NCBI GenBank assembly: GCA_016748015.1
Contig: JAAOMT010000741.1
Coordinates: forward strand, 372,001-436,000
Length of the DNA stretch: 64,000 nt
Reading direction: 5' to 3'
From: Geosiphon pyriformis uo1
Taxonomy: Eukaryota > Fungi > Glomeromycota
This document shows, one piece after another, positions 50,074-63,433 of the stretch (within the stretch, counting starts at the first letter, position 1; the number at the start of each line of letters is the position of its first letter). A program made the position numbers and the translations under genes. The notes below the pieces were generated by a model, which was given only the letters and a program-made list of their open reading frames with translations, was not told where the DNA came from and ran no database searches.

Positions 50074-52640
50074 AATAACTATATAAAACAACTTATAAAG
50101 AATTAAAAAAATAATTAATTATATTTTAATATCTGTTTACTTGTTAGTATTATAATAATAAATATAAACAAATTTTTTAATATTAATTACAATATAATTT
50201 TTATATTTACAAATTTAAACAGTTTTTTAAATACTTATTTAATATTAATACAAAAACAAATTAATAAAAACAAATTAAAATACAATCTTAAAAATATTAA
50301 TTATAAAAAATAATTGAAATTTGCAAATATATTTTTGTTAAAAATCAATAATATTTTGTATTTTTTTTTTTATTACTTGTATTAAAAATTTAAACTTAAT
50401 ATAACTTTTTTAGTATAATATTATATGTATTTTAGCAAAAGTTATTTTTAAAAAAGTTTAATTTTATGGCTTTAATAACTTTAAAATCAAGAAATTATTT
50501 AAGTTATACAGATTAGAACTTTTAGTATTTAAATTAACCAAGTTTTTTTAATTAAAAAATAAATTTAGAAGTTTTTAATTATTAAAGTATTGAATATATC
50601 TAAATATAGTTAAGACTATAAAAATTAAAATTTTGTTTAATATTAGTTTAAATATTAATAATATTTTTTTTATAATAATTAAAACCAAAAAACATTATAG
50701 AGCTTAAAAATTTTAAAAGTTTTAATTTATTTTAAATATTAATATTTAAATAGCTATTTTAAAACATATAAAAATTTTTACTATAAATAAAAATTACATA
50801 ATTTGAAGTATTTTAAAACATTAATTGTTTTAAGTTATTTAATAATAAATAATATTTTAATATTAGATCTAATTAATATTAAAAATATTATAAATAATTT
50901 AATAAAAAGCTAAATTAAAAAAAATTAATAAAAATCTTAATTTTAAATAATTAAACTTGTTAATATTTTTTGCTAAAACATATTAATAATATTGTTTTTA
51001 CTAATATTATAGTTAAAATAATTATAATAAATTAATTAATATGTTCAAAAAACTGTTAATAAAAAGATAATTGGTTTTTTTAAATATACTAAATAAATTT
51101 TAGAAAAATTATAATAAATTAATTCTAAAAATATTTTTGATTTTATTAAATATATGATTAATTTGTGAATTTGTTTTTAGTTTATAGACTAAAACATAAG
51201 TTTTTATAATTTTTAATTTATATAAATAAAAAAAATTTTAATTAAGATTAGTTAAAAATTTTTTAAGACTTTTTTAGAATATATTGTTATAGTTTAAAAA
51301 TTTAGCAAAAAAATTATAAAATAATATAAATTATTTAATTATAATATAACACAATAATAATCTTAAAAAGGTAATAATTAATATAGTAATAAGTATTATC
51401 TTATAATAATAGCAAGTACTAATTTATAATAATAGTAAATATTAATTAATAATAACAACAAATACCAAGTTGAAATATCAAAAAAAATATTATAATATGT
51501 TTTTTTATAAAACTACAAATATATATATATATAGTAGTTTTAATATTAAAAAAAATAGCAATTTATCTAACAATTTAATCTTATTAACTTCTAATCTTTT
51601 ATTTGATTATTTTTTAGTTTCTACTTTTAATAAATATTTAAAAAAATCTTTAAATCAAAAAAAAATCAAAAATAATATTAAAAACTATTATTATAATCAA
51701 AGATATTAAAAATTTTTATTTGTGTTATTTACTAAATAAAACTATTATTTATTAGCTAAATTTTTTAGAAGAATAATTTTTGATCAAAATTATTTATGTT
51801 ATTATTAATTAATAAAAGCTTTATTATAAGAATTAAGAAAAACATTAAAAATTATTAATATTTTATGTTTTTAGATTAGAAAAACACATTAAGTAATTGC
51901 AAAAATAATTTTAGAAAAAACTTCAATACAGTAAGTAAATTTTAGTTCAGTTTTTGAAAAAAAATACATAAATATATATTATAATCAGAATTAAAAAATA
52001 ATTTATATTATAATATTAAAAAAAAAGCTTTTAATATAATATTAATATTATTACACAAATAGAATTAAAAAACTTATAAGAAATTAATTACAATTATAAT
52101 AAAATATTAACATTTAATATACCAAAAAAACCATCTTATAATATTTAATAAACTTTATAAAAAAGAAAAATTAAAACAAAATAATAATTAACAATAATTT
52201 ATTATTAAAAAAAAAAAAACCAAACTAATCACAAAAACTTTTAATATTACTATTATTAAATTTTGCTGTGTTTTTATTTACAATATTAAAGTAATTTTAA
52301 ATTACTAAAAAAATGTTGCCTAACTAAAAATATTTTCACATATTATATTAATATTAGAATAAATCATTATATAAAAAAAATCACATAATATAAAACTTTA
52401 ATTATATAAAAATTATTTTAATTTACTATAAAAAAACAACAATAATAGCCATTACTATTGTTTAAATCTATTACAAAATTAAGCAATATGCCAACAAAAA
52501 TTATTTAATATATTGTATATAAAAAACACCAGAAAACATATTAATAATTCAGAAATTAGTCTTAAAAAAAACCAGCAAAAATTAGTAATACTTATTCAAT
52601 ATTCAAGAAAATTATTATGTAATTAATAAAAAAACAATGC
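50074..52640. other. Extremely AT-rich relic DNA, including a decayed ~23-bp tandem repeat (51380-51470)
   Basis: Very high AT; units aataatagcaagtactaatttat and aataatagtaaatattaattaat. Confidence 0.55.
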
Positions 52641-52642
52641 AT

Positions 52643-53247
52643 TATTACTTATAAAAATAAAAATTATAATAGATAAAAAATAGCTAATAAGAAGAAAGCA
52701 TAATAAAAAAAGGAATTCCAAAATTTTTTTTAAGAAATTACAGGATTCTAAAATTCCAAAATTCCAGAATTTCTCTTGAAGAATTACAAAATTTCAGAAT
52801 TTCAGAATTTCAGAATTTTTTTCAAAAGAATTGAAAACTTTCAAGAAATCTTGTATAATATAAATTATGTATATATAGTAAAAGTATTAAAAGCAGAAAA
52901 AAGGATTGACAATACTAGTTAGAAATAAGTAATTATCTAATATCTTTATTTTAAAAAATAGTTTTTTATAACTTAAAGTGAAATTATACTTATATCAATA
53001 AAAACATCTATTATTATTCAATTTTATATTTTTATTGCTTGATTAAAAAATCTTAATTAACTTTACACTATTAATAATTTATGTTAATAAAATTTAATAC
53101 TTAACTATACTGAACCAATGGTTCTTAATCATGGTTATTAATAAAATACTAATTTTTTTTTTCTTTTGTTTCTTTGTTGTTTATTAATTGATTAAAGAAT
53201 TAAGTGCTAAATAATTAACATCAAAAATAGTTTGGTAAAAGACCCAT
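52643..53247 (+). mobile_element. Older Gypsy element W: left part of 5' LTR, split by Z
   Basis: Starts TATTACTTATA. Carries a GGAATTCC-type U3 array, TATATATAG, and a decayed hairpin cassette; ends ...ggtaaaagacCCAT. Confidence 0.8.
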
Positions 53248-54115
53248 TATTACTCATAGAAATATAGGGAATATATATTAACATAGTTATTAACCAATCA
53301 AAAGTAGACGTAGTAAAATATAGAATTCCAGGATTCCTCTCAGGAATTGCAGGATTTCAGGAATTACAGGATTCTCACAAGGAATTGCAGAATTCCAGAA
53401 TTCCAGGATTTTTTTCAAAGGAATTGTAAGATTTCAGGAATCCCAAGATTCCTGTTGTGAAAAATTGAGGAATTGAGGAATCTCAATTATGTATATATAG
53501 CAGTAAGATTAAAAGCTAAAAAGACAGACCTCTCAGTTTAGATTTTATCTGGACAACTTTCCAAACCACAAATAAATAACTGTTTGTTATCTCAAACCTG
53601 CTGCCACTATCAACACTTCATATTGATAGTAATTGATACTTAATCACACTAGAACAATAGCTTTTGATCATGGCTATTGATGGAATACTAACTTGCAAAT
53701 CACCTTGGCTTATTTTTTTTCTTTCTTTATTTTTTTTTTTCTTTATTTCTTGCTTTGATTTTATTGTTGTTTACTAACTCTATTGAGGATTAACATGCAG
53801 GGTACTGACATCAGGATAAATGTGACTGGTAAAAGACCCAGAAATAAGAGTAGAACACTTGATTGAAAATAGCTTACCAGGAGGAATACTGGCCATCAAG
53901 CTGAGAAAAAAATTAATGAAACTGCAGTTTCGGGAAGCTATGGATAAAACTATTACCATTGAATCTCTGTCCATTATACAAAAAACTCAACCAAACTCTT
54001 TGAATACAAACCTTTCAGACACAAACCTTCAGATCACTATCAACTGCAACTAGATTTGAGCACCAAGTTATGGGTTTGTTATTTAATCCAACACTAGAAA
54101 TAGTCACCTGTAACA
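53248..54115 (+). repeat. Z 5' LTR (868 bp)
   Basis: TATTAC...GTAACA; U3 array of GGAATTCCA/GGATTCC units at ~53320-53480. Confidence 0.93.
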
Positions 54116-54174
54116 TTTGATGCTCCCTGTGAGGTATAATCTTACAGAGAACCAACACCAACACAAATCTAAAA

Positions 54175-57100
54175 GTGACAGAATCAGAAAACATAGAAGC
54201 AAACCATTTAGGATTTGTGAAATTTTTATTTCAACACTACTGTCAACATTTGGGATTAAATCACAACCACATATTAGTGAAATCAGCTTTCAATTTCTAT
54301 GTCAATGAAAGAATTGCCCATCTGTTAGAAACACCAGTAAATATTGAATTGGCAAGAGAAGCCTTTTATAGTGAATTAATTCAAAATACCAATCTGCCAA
54401 CAAATCACAATTTTGCCTCCATCATTACAGAAATCAACAAAAAAATTGAACACCATATACAGCAAAGATATCTCATTACTTATGCAAGCAAAGGCAAAGA
54501 AAAACTGCAAACACCAGTAGTAACATCCAAAAGAATACAACCACCTACTTGAAAGAAAACAAGAGTTGAGTCCCCAACTAATCTATCATATCACTATACA
54601 CTCAGAAGTGCCATTAATATTACATCTACCAGCATGGCCACATCAAACATGACATTAGCATTTGGATAATTCCCATTCCAAAGTAAACAAAGGAAAGCAG
54701 AGTTATTAGGACCATATGGCGCATATTTTGAAGGATTTAATTCGCGATCATCAATGCTATCAGGACTCTGATTGCCACTGCCTCTCTCAGATTTCGGAAT
54801 TTTTGATTTGTGAAAAGTAATGGAATCAGAAAAAGAGGAAGAAAAAGAAGCTGAAGATCAAGAATTCACTTACCAGAACCCAATTACTAAAAACCCAGAA
54901 TTTAAAACCCTGAATCTTCAAATCCAGCAAAATCTAAACCCAAAAAATCTGGAAATCAAAACTCCGAATATTCAGACACTGCCAATTCAGGATAATTAAA
55001 ATCCCGATTTAATAAATCAACAAAACTTACCTCTAGTAATCGTCATCGATTAACCACCAATTAATCCAATAGCTAAATCCCTACAATTACCACTTCAACT
55101 ACCACCCCAACAAACTGTGCAACAACAATCACTTCAACTACCACCACAACAACCCAACTTAGATCCAATGGCCTACACACCAATCGCAAAACTTGACAAT
55201 TTTACCAGCGAAGAGGACAACACCCAAATATGGCTTAATGACATTGAAAAAGCCATAGTGGCCAATGAATAGAACAATAGTAGAGTCCTTCAAGCAATCC
55301 TCTATTTTTTCAAAGATACTGCCAACTTGTGGTATCAGAGCCTAGTCACTAAATCACAAATCTTCAATGAGTTCAAAACAGAATTTTTAAGATACTTTAG
55401 TAATAACAATAGTATTAATCGCTTGACCAACACATTCACCACCATTAAACAAGGGAACACAGAAGCAGTCACTACTTACTTGAGATGCTTCCATAGAAAT
55501 CTGCACCAAATTCAGGCAATTCAAGTTGATTACTTTACAACACCACAGATCTTGAACCAGTTCATTAGAGGATTGCACAGTCTTTCAGCAAGTACATCCA
55601 ATGCATCCAGTTGACCTCCCAACTGCCATCACCCATGCCAGAGATTTTGAAGCAGCCGAGCTAGAAGCCAATTATGCCCAAGCTGTAAATTTAGTGATGA
55701 ACAGATCATCTAACTTAGATTCCAAACTAAAACAATTCAGTGATACAATCAATCAAAAACTAGAGGGATACTTAGCTGACAATCGTGCAATCTATCAACC
55801 ATCACAATGATGCAATAATTCAGGAAACATGAATCATTTCCAAAATCAGCCACATCCATCAACATCATCATCATCATCATTACCCAATCAGCCATGACAG
55901 CCAGAAATGCGTGTTTGCCACAACTGTGGTAAACAAGATCACATTAGAGCCAACTGTTGATTTTATAGCAACAATCCATGATCAAGAAATTAATATTAAA
56001 ACCCCAATTGCAGATTTTAGACTCAGAATCACTACTCAAATCAAGACCAATATCAAACCACTTACTTGCCAATGATGCAGCAACCAATCTATCAACCGCC
56101 AATATATCAACCTCCAATTTATCAACCACAGCCACCAGTAATTTATCAGCCACAGCCCCAAATAATTTATCAGCCCCAACAACCAATTTAAACACCACTT
56201 CAAAACTCTACTCAAATAACATTAGGAAACCCAAGACCTAGAATCACTCAAAACTGGAGATCAGTGATGGTTGTTTATCAACTAATTCCCAGCTCCTCTC
56301 ACCAATCATCAGGCTTTTGACAGTAGAATCTGGGTACTGGTTCCACCCAAAACCCAAATTTCCAGAACTATTTAAGTCTCCTGGTTACCCCAGAAGATGC
56401 TACTACCAACAACTCGAAATTCAACTCACTTCAAACAACACTCACCAACAATATTCCACCAGTAATGGTCACCGAAAACGAATCTCTCACAGCCATCTTT
56501 TCTTTCAAATTGGAGGAAACCATCAATCCATCTTTGTTTAGTGGAGCAGCACTCAAAGAGAAACCCATCACCACAATATACTCTAATGTGAAAGTTGATG
56601 GTCACTCCATTAAACTGATCCTAGATAGTGGATCAGCTGGCAGCATTATTACAAAACAACTCATGAATTAATTAGGTCACCGAGTTGATTGCACTGCCAG
56701 TGCCAGAATTATTACAGCTGATGGAGCGACCAAAACACCCATTGGAGAGATTGATGATTTCTCTATAGAAGTCAATGACATCATAGTACCAATCAAAGTA
56801 CTTGTCATAGAAGCCACTTAATACCAAGCACTTGTTAAGAACAACTGGCTGTCCAAAACCAATGCAACCCTAGATTGAAACACCCAAAAGCTCCAGCTTA
56901 GCCAGAATAGTCAACACACATGAGTACCAGCCACGTGTGGCCACTTCAAGCCTATTCACACACCATCAACACCACTTATCAAATTTGAAGAAGAAAAAAC
57001 AAAACCCATCTGGAAAGCATACCAAGTCTCATGGGCCGACATTGACCACAATGAACTGCTGCCAATACTCACCTAAGACAACAACGACAATGGAAAGAAG

Positions 57101-60100
57101 AAACAAAGAGAAGAACCTACCTGAGAAGCCATCATCAACACTTGGACTGACAACAACCAAAGTGAGATGTCACCAATTCTAGATTGGAAAAAAAAGAGCA
57201 AGGAAAAAGAGAAAAAAAAGGAAGAAAACATACCTGAAGAAACCACCACTGCAAGAGAAATAACTAGTGGCTGGAAAAGGAAATACTTACATGAACCAAT
57301 AAAAGAGCCGTCATATATATCTCTCAAATACAAGAACTGTAGAAAGAAATTGTTCTCAATAGGAGCTTGGGTAGTGAAGACTACTAGATGTGAACCCATT
57401 ACTATTGCAAGCTCTGCCATAGGGAACAATATGGCTACCCAAAAAGACAAAGCAAGTGGGACAACAAACTATGTCTCACTTGTGGCAAACAATTACTCGA
57501 CAAAGGAATGTGGAATAACATTCCTAGTCGAGAAGGAACGTGCGACACTTCGTGCCAATACATGATCCTCATCAGCGACTGGGTGAGTCGTGGTACGCCC
57601 ATCACAACAGTATGACACCAAGCTATATCCCACTTAGATGGCTATCCACATGACGAAAACAAGATCTGGCAAATGGCCAATGCCAAAGTAGAAGGCATTT
57701 CACCCAGTAAAATTCTGGAGATCAAGAATAATCTTCCAGAACCAACAGACATTGTTTTGGTTCTCAACCCAGATGCCTTTATTAACTTAAAAAACAGCCC
57801 AGAAGAATTCCATGAACATTATCAGAATCTAGCACTCATGAAAAAAGAGCAAGAGCAATGATTGGAAGAAATCAACACTTGATTATGTGACCACTGTTTG
57901 ATTCCATGTGACTTCCAATTCTGTGATGATTGTGATCTCATCTACAATCCACTATCACACATAATCTACATAATCTCCGAAGAAGAAGAACCAATCAACA
58001 GTTGTGCATCAGAATCAGAATCGAGTTCCAACTCCGATTCAAACTCTAACAATAACGATAACAAAAATAATGGTTCCAGTTCTATTTAAAATGACTATAA
58101 CAATAACAATAATTCCAACTCTGATTCAAACTATGAACAATATATTGCACTCTCTGATCTCACCAAAAAGCAAGAACTGAAATGGTTCAGTGATAATGAT
58201 GAAGGCATTATGCCAGAATGTATGCATGATATTAATACAGGATTTGATCTAAGATATCCAAAAAAGAATGCCATCAAATTGGAACCCTATTTGCACACTT
58301 GCATTGATCTGAAAATAGCACTGGAAATTCCAGCAACAACAATGGTTCAATTAGCATCTAGGAATAGTTTAGCGAAAAAGGGAATAAACATCAGAGGAGG
58401 AATAATTAATGCAGGATATATAGGAAATATCATTGCTATGCTACAAAATGACTCAAAAAAAACCTATGTTATAGAGCCAAATGAAAGAATAGCACAGGCA
58501 ATATTCCTGCCTCTAGTGAAAATAGCTCAGTTAGTTTCAGTGGGAAATAAGAAAAAATTAGGAATAACAGCAAGAGAGATACAGGAATTTGGATTAACAG
58601 GTAGAATAGATGTACCAGTCAATATGGTGGAGGAAGAAATTATTGGCCAAGGAGAAATTATCTCAACCAGTCAAACAATTTCCATTCCATCATATAGCTG
58701 ATACATGTTAGCAATAGAAAGGAGAGAGAAGGAGCAAGAACAGATTTTTGAAGCAGAAGCAACTCTTTGTAAATCAGAAGAAATTGGACTTATCAATCTA
58801 CACATATCAGCCAAGAGCCATAACCATATCAAAATTTCTATCTACAACAACACCAGAAATATTGTAGAGATACTGGAAGGAACCACTCTTGGATATTTAA
58901 CCATGGAAATTGAAAATCAAGCACCAAGCAGCATTCCAGATTTTCCACAGCTTTGTAAATATGTGAACATTACATCACAAACCATCTATGGACAAAATAA
59001 ATGTTATCTGTTACAGCCAGAACAATTGGAACAGATGAACATGGGAAATCTAGACCCACTTTAACAGATACAACTAAAGATGTTACTCAATAATTTCAAT
59101 GACATCTTTACCAGTAAAAACAAATTTGGCAGAACTGATATTATCCAGCATTAGATCAAGACTGAAGATGCAATGCCAATTAAACAGCAAGCATATAAAG
59201 TACCACCAGCCAGCCATGAAATCATCCATCAAGAGATCAACCAAATGCTTGACAATAGGTTAATTTAGCCATCAATAAGCCCATAGTCATTACCAGTAGT
59301 ATTCATCTGTAAAAAAAATGGAAAAATCCAATTTTGTGTAGACTACAGAAAACTCAATAGTGTAACTCATAAAGACAGCTATCCAACTTCACGGATACAA
59401 AAATTATTTGACGCTTTTGGTGGAAACAAATGGTTCTCAACATTAGACTTGAATAGTGAGTACTGGCAAGTAGCCATAGATCCAGCTGACAAAGAAAAAA
59501 CAACAAGAGAGAGAAACTTTGAGTTTGAAGTTATGCCATTCGGCTTAACCAATGCTCTAGCTACATTCCAATGGCTAATAGAAATTGTGTATACTGGCTT
59601 ATTATGGAAATCAGTAGTTGTATACTTGGATAACACCAATGTGTTCTTAAAAACATTCAATGATTATTTACATCATCTCCAACAAGTGTTTGAAAGACTA
59701 CAACAAGCAGGATTAAAATTGAATGCAACAAAGTGTTTTTTTGGCAAAACAGAACTAAAATTCTTAGAACACATAGTTAGTAAAAACAGCATAAAAACAG
59801 ATCCAAAGAAAATAGAGATAGTAAAGAACTTTCCAATACCAACCAACATAATCAAGCTAAAATCATTCTTGGAATTCATGAGCTATTATAGACACTTCAT
59901 AAAGAACTTTTCAAAGATAACACAACTACTTAATGATTTTCAAACCAAAAATGCAAAATATAAATGGACTGAAACCCAGTAAGAAGCATTTGATATCTTA
60001 AGAAGAAAGCTTATTTAAGCTCCAGTATTGATCTATTCAGATCATAGTAAACTATTTATTATCACCACTGATGCATCAGGTCAAGCATTGGGAGCAGTAC

Positions 60101-61866
60101 TATCTCAGAGAGAATTGGATAGAAGAAAACATCCAGTTGCATATGCCAGCCAAGTTTTGACTCCAGCCAAAAAGAACTATGGAACACCAGAATTAGAACA
60201 TCTAGCAATCTATTGGGCAGTTATAAAATGGAAAAAATACTTGAGCCAAAAGTTTGAAGTGTACACAGATCACAAAGAATTAACATCACTCCAAAAACAA
60301 GAATTTGGAAACAGAAGACAGTCAAGATAGAAAATGGTTCTTTCGACATATACTTATACCATACATTATAAAAGGGGAAAAGACAATGGAAATGCTGATG
60401 ATTTGTCGCGAATAAGACAAATCTAAGAACATTTCAACCCAAAAATATAACAAAACCAAAACAATACTCACAAAAATATAACAAAAGATAAACACACAAA
60501 AATATAAACAATTTTAACATTATATAGATACTCAACAGTTCAAGGAGAAATTATCTCAACCAGAACAAAAGAAAATCAAACAACAATCCAAATATTTTAT
60601 TACTCACCAAAATATACTTTATCAGAAAAATAGAAAAGATTCAGATTAACCAGCCAGAGTAATTACAGAACCAAAAAAGAAGACAATACTGTTTAACATA
60701 CATTCAGATCTAACTGCAGGATATTTTCATAAAGAAGCAACCATAGAAAGAACCAGAAAGAGATACTATTGGCCATCAATATATTTAGACATTATCTAAT
60801 ATGTGCAAAATTATGATGCTTGTTAAAAAAGAGAAGGAACAAGACCCAGTGAACCATTGAGACCAATCAAAGTGGAACAATCATTTGACTGTATTGGAAT
60901 CGATTTAGTCAGACCATTGACAATTATCAGCAGAGGCAACAAATATATTGCAGTAGTCATGGACTATCTTACTAAATGGCCAGAAGCCAAAGCAATTCAA
61001 AGAGCAGATGCAGAATCTGTTGTCGAATTCATCTATCAAGATCTGATTTGTTGACATAGATGTCTAAAAGAACTATTATCAGACCAAGGAACCTATTTTG
61101 TAAATAGAACATTAGCAGAACTAAGCTGAAGATTCAGAATTAAGAAACTACTATCATCACCATACCATCTACAAACCAATGGATTAGTTGAAAGATTTAA
61201 TAGAATATTGTGTGAAGCAATAGTGAAACTCAGCCAAGAAAACCAAGACGAATGAGATTTGTTCATACCATCAGTATTATTTGCTTATCAGACAATAAAG
61301 CAAGACACCACACAAACAACACCATTTGAATTGATATACAATAGAACAGCAATATTACCAGTTAAGATAGAGGTTAACATATATCCAACTGAACCAATAA
61401 TAAAAATTTCCAAGAAACATTGTTAAAAAAAACATATGACTTAATAAAAACATTAGAAAACAAACGAAAAAGAACAGCTGATAATATACAAAAGTCACAA
61501 GAGAAACAGAAAGAAAGACATGATAATCAACTACCAGACAAACCAATTGAATTCAAGATTGGAAACAAAGTACTCTTACATTATACCAAAGTGGAAAAAC
61601 AATGGAGTGGAAAATTCGACCCCAAATGGGATGGACCATTTCACATAAAAGAAATTCTAGGGAATAGAGCTTACAAATTAAGACTGAATAACAAAATCTT
61701 AACCAAAGCAGTACATGAAAATTAACTGAAACCATACCACAACATCACACCACCATCCACCAGTAATATTTCATAATTAGGAGTACAGAAGATACTAGTC
61801 CAACCAGAGAAGATTCCACAAAATCTGAAACCAATCATCATCATTGACAACAACATGTTAAATTAA
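54175..61866 (+). pseudogene. Z gag-pol (gag, protease, Cys-rich region, dUTPase 58210-58610, RT, RNase H, integrase with GPF module, no chromodomain)
   Basis: CHNCGKQDHIRANC, LILDSGSAG, GGIINAGYIGNI, VVYLDNTNVF, IITTDASGQALGAVLSQ, IGIDLVRPL..DYLTKWPEA, KFDPKWDGPFHI. Many stops and a few frameshifts. Confidence 0.92.
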
Positions 61867-61920
61867 TCCATCAAAAGAATATATAAAGACATGATAGACA
61901 TGACAAGAAATATCAGAAAA

Positions 61921-62550
61921 ATGGAAATTACAGACAATCTCCACTCCCTAGCACAACAACTCTTTTAATTGATTCAACACCAAGAGATGGAAATTACAAT
62001 TAATCAACAAACCATTTAATATCAAGACACTAGAAAGACATTACCATATAGAACACAGAAGAAAACAGAAAATACCATTGACAAAATTATTGCGAAAGTA
62101 AAATTAGCAATAAAAGAGTTGACAAAAGAGTCACTATACCAAGAGTTGACTAAAGAAACTTGGAATTGGTGGATACAACAATTTCCAAGAAACTATTGTT
62201 ATTTTTACTTGGGACAATATGTGAATATCTAGAATCTATATACAGATAAAACAAAGTGATTATTTGACACAAAAATACTACAACAATTAGAACATTTTTT
62301 GGGAAAGAACAACTTATCCACACAGGCCCGAGCCATATACCAAATATACACAGCATTTCAGGATCAACCAGAAATCTTACTTAACAAAGCAATGGATATG
62401 GTTATCAGTAATTAATTAAGAAAGATCACCAACACTCAATTTAAAGAATTACAGACTCAAATAACACAAGTAATTCTCAAAAATGAAATTCAGAAAATAC
62501 TTTAAGAAGGGGAATTAACAGAGTTAGATTTCGATAGAGCTCAATATTAA
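61921..62550 (+). pseudogene. Z ORF3 (209 codons, several nonsense transitions), divergent homologue of X/Y ORF3
   Basis: MEITDNLHSLAQQLF..NYCYFYLGQ..RAIYQIYTAFQDQPEILL..KITNTQ..DFDRAQY* in one frame. Confidence 0.8.
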
Positions 62551-62563
62551 AAGGAGGGAATAA

Positions 62564-63429
62564 TGTTACTCATAGAAATATAGGAAATATATATTAGCAT
62601 AGTTATTAACCAATCAGAAGTAGACATAGTAAAATGTGGAATTCCAGAATTCCTCTCAGGAATTGCAGGATTTCAGGAATTACAGGATTCTTACAAGAAA
62701 TTGCAGGATTCCAGAATTCCAGAATTCCTCTTAAAAGAATTGCAAGATTCCAGGAATTCCAGGATTCCTGTTGTGAAGAATTGAGGAATTGAGGAATCTC
62801 AATTATGTATATATAGTAGTAGGATTAGAAGCTAAAAAAACAGATCTTTCAGTTTAGATTTCATCTGGACAACTTTCCAAACCACAAATAAATAACTGTT
62901 TGTTATCTCAAACTCGCTGTCACTATCAACACTTCATATTGATAGTAATTGATACTTAACCACACTAGAACAATAGCTCTTGATCATGGCTATTAATGAA
63001 ATATTAATTTGCAAATTGCCTTGGCTTATTTCTTTTCTTTCTTTATTTTCTTTTCTTTATTTCTTGTTTTGATTTTATTGTTGTTTACTAACTCTATTAA
63101 GGATTAACGCATGGGATACTGACGTTAGGATAAATGTGACTGGTAAAAGACCCAGAAATAAGAGTAGAACACTCGATTAAAGATAGCTTATCAGGAGAAA
63201 TACTGGCCATCAAGCTGAGAAAGAAATTGACAAAACTGCAGTTTCGAGAAGCTACGGATAAAACTATTACCATTGAATCTCTGTCCATTATACAAAGAAC
63301 TCAACCAAACTCTTCGGATACAAACCTTTCAGACACAAACTTTCAAATCACTATCAACTACAACTAGATTTGAGCACCAAGTTATGAGTTTGTTATTTAA
63401 TCTAACACCAGAAATAGTCACCTGTAACA
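62564..63429 (+). repeat. Z 3' LTR (866 bp)
   Basis: TGTTAC...GTAACA after purine tract AAAAGGAGGGAATAA. Confidence 0.93.
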
Positions 63430-63433
63430 CCAT

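Larger units (their letters stand above)
53248..63429 (+). mobile_element. Ty3/Gypsy element Z (10.2 kb, structurally complete, mutated), TSD CCAT
   Basis: LTRs 53248-54115 and 62564-63429; CCAT at 53244-53247 and 63430-63433. PBS 54116-54134, PPT 62549-62563. Confidence 0.96.

Noticed and set aside
53655-53710. Hammerhead ribozyme in the LTR cassette (TTGATGAG-like core in X)
   Set aside because: The CUGANGA-like core is not conserved in Y or Z, and no GAAA follows the putative stem II.
53859-54053. ORF inside the Z LTR as an upstream gag exon
   Set aside because: The frame is not conserved among X, Y, Z and W, and it is separated from gag by stops.
61690-61866. Chromodomain at the integrase C-terminus
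   Set aside because: Only a short Pro/Ile/Gln-rich tail follows the GPF module; there is no Y.VKW.G-type motif.
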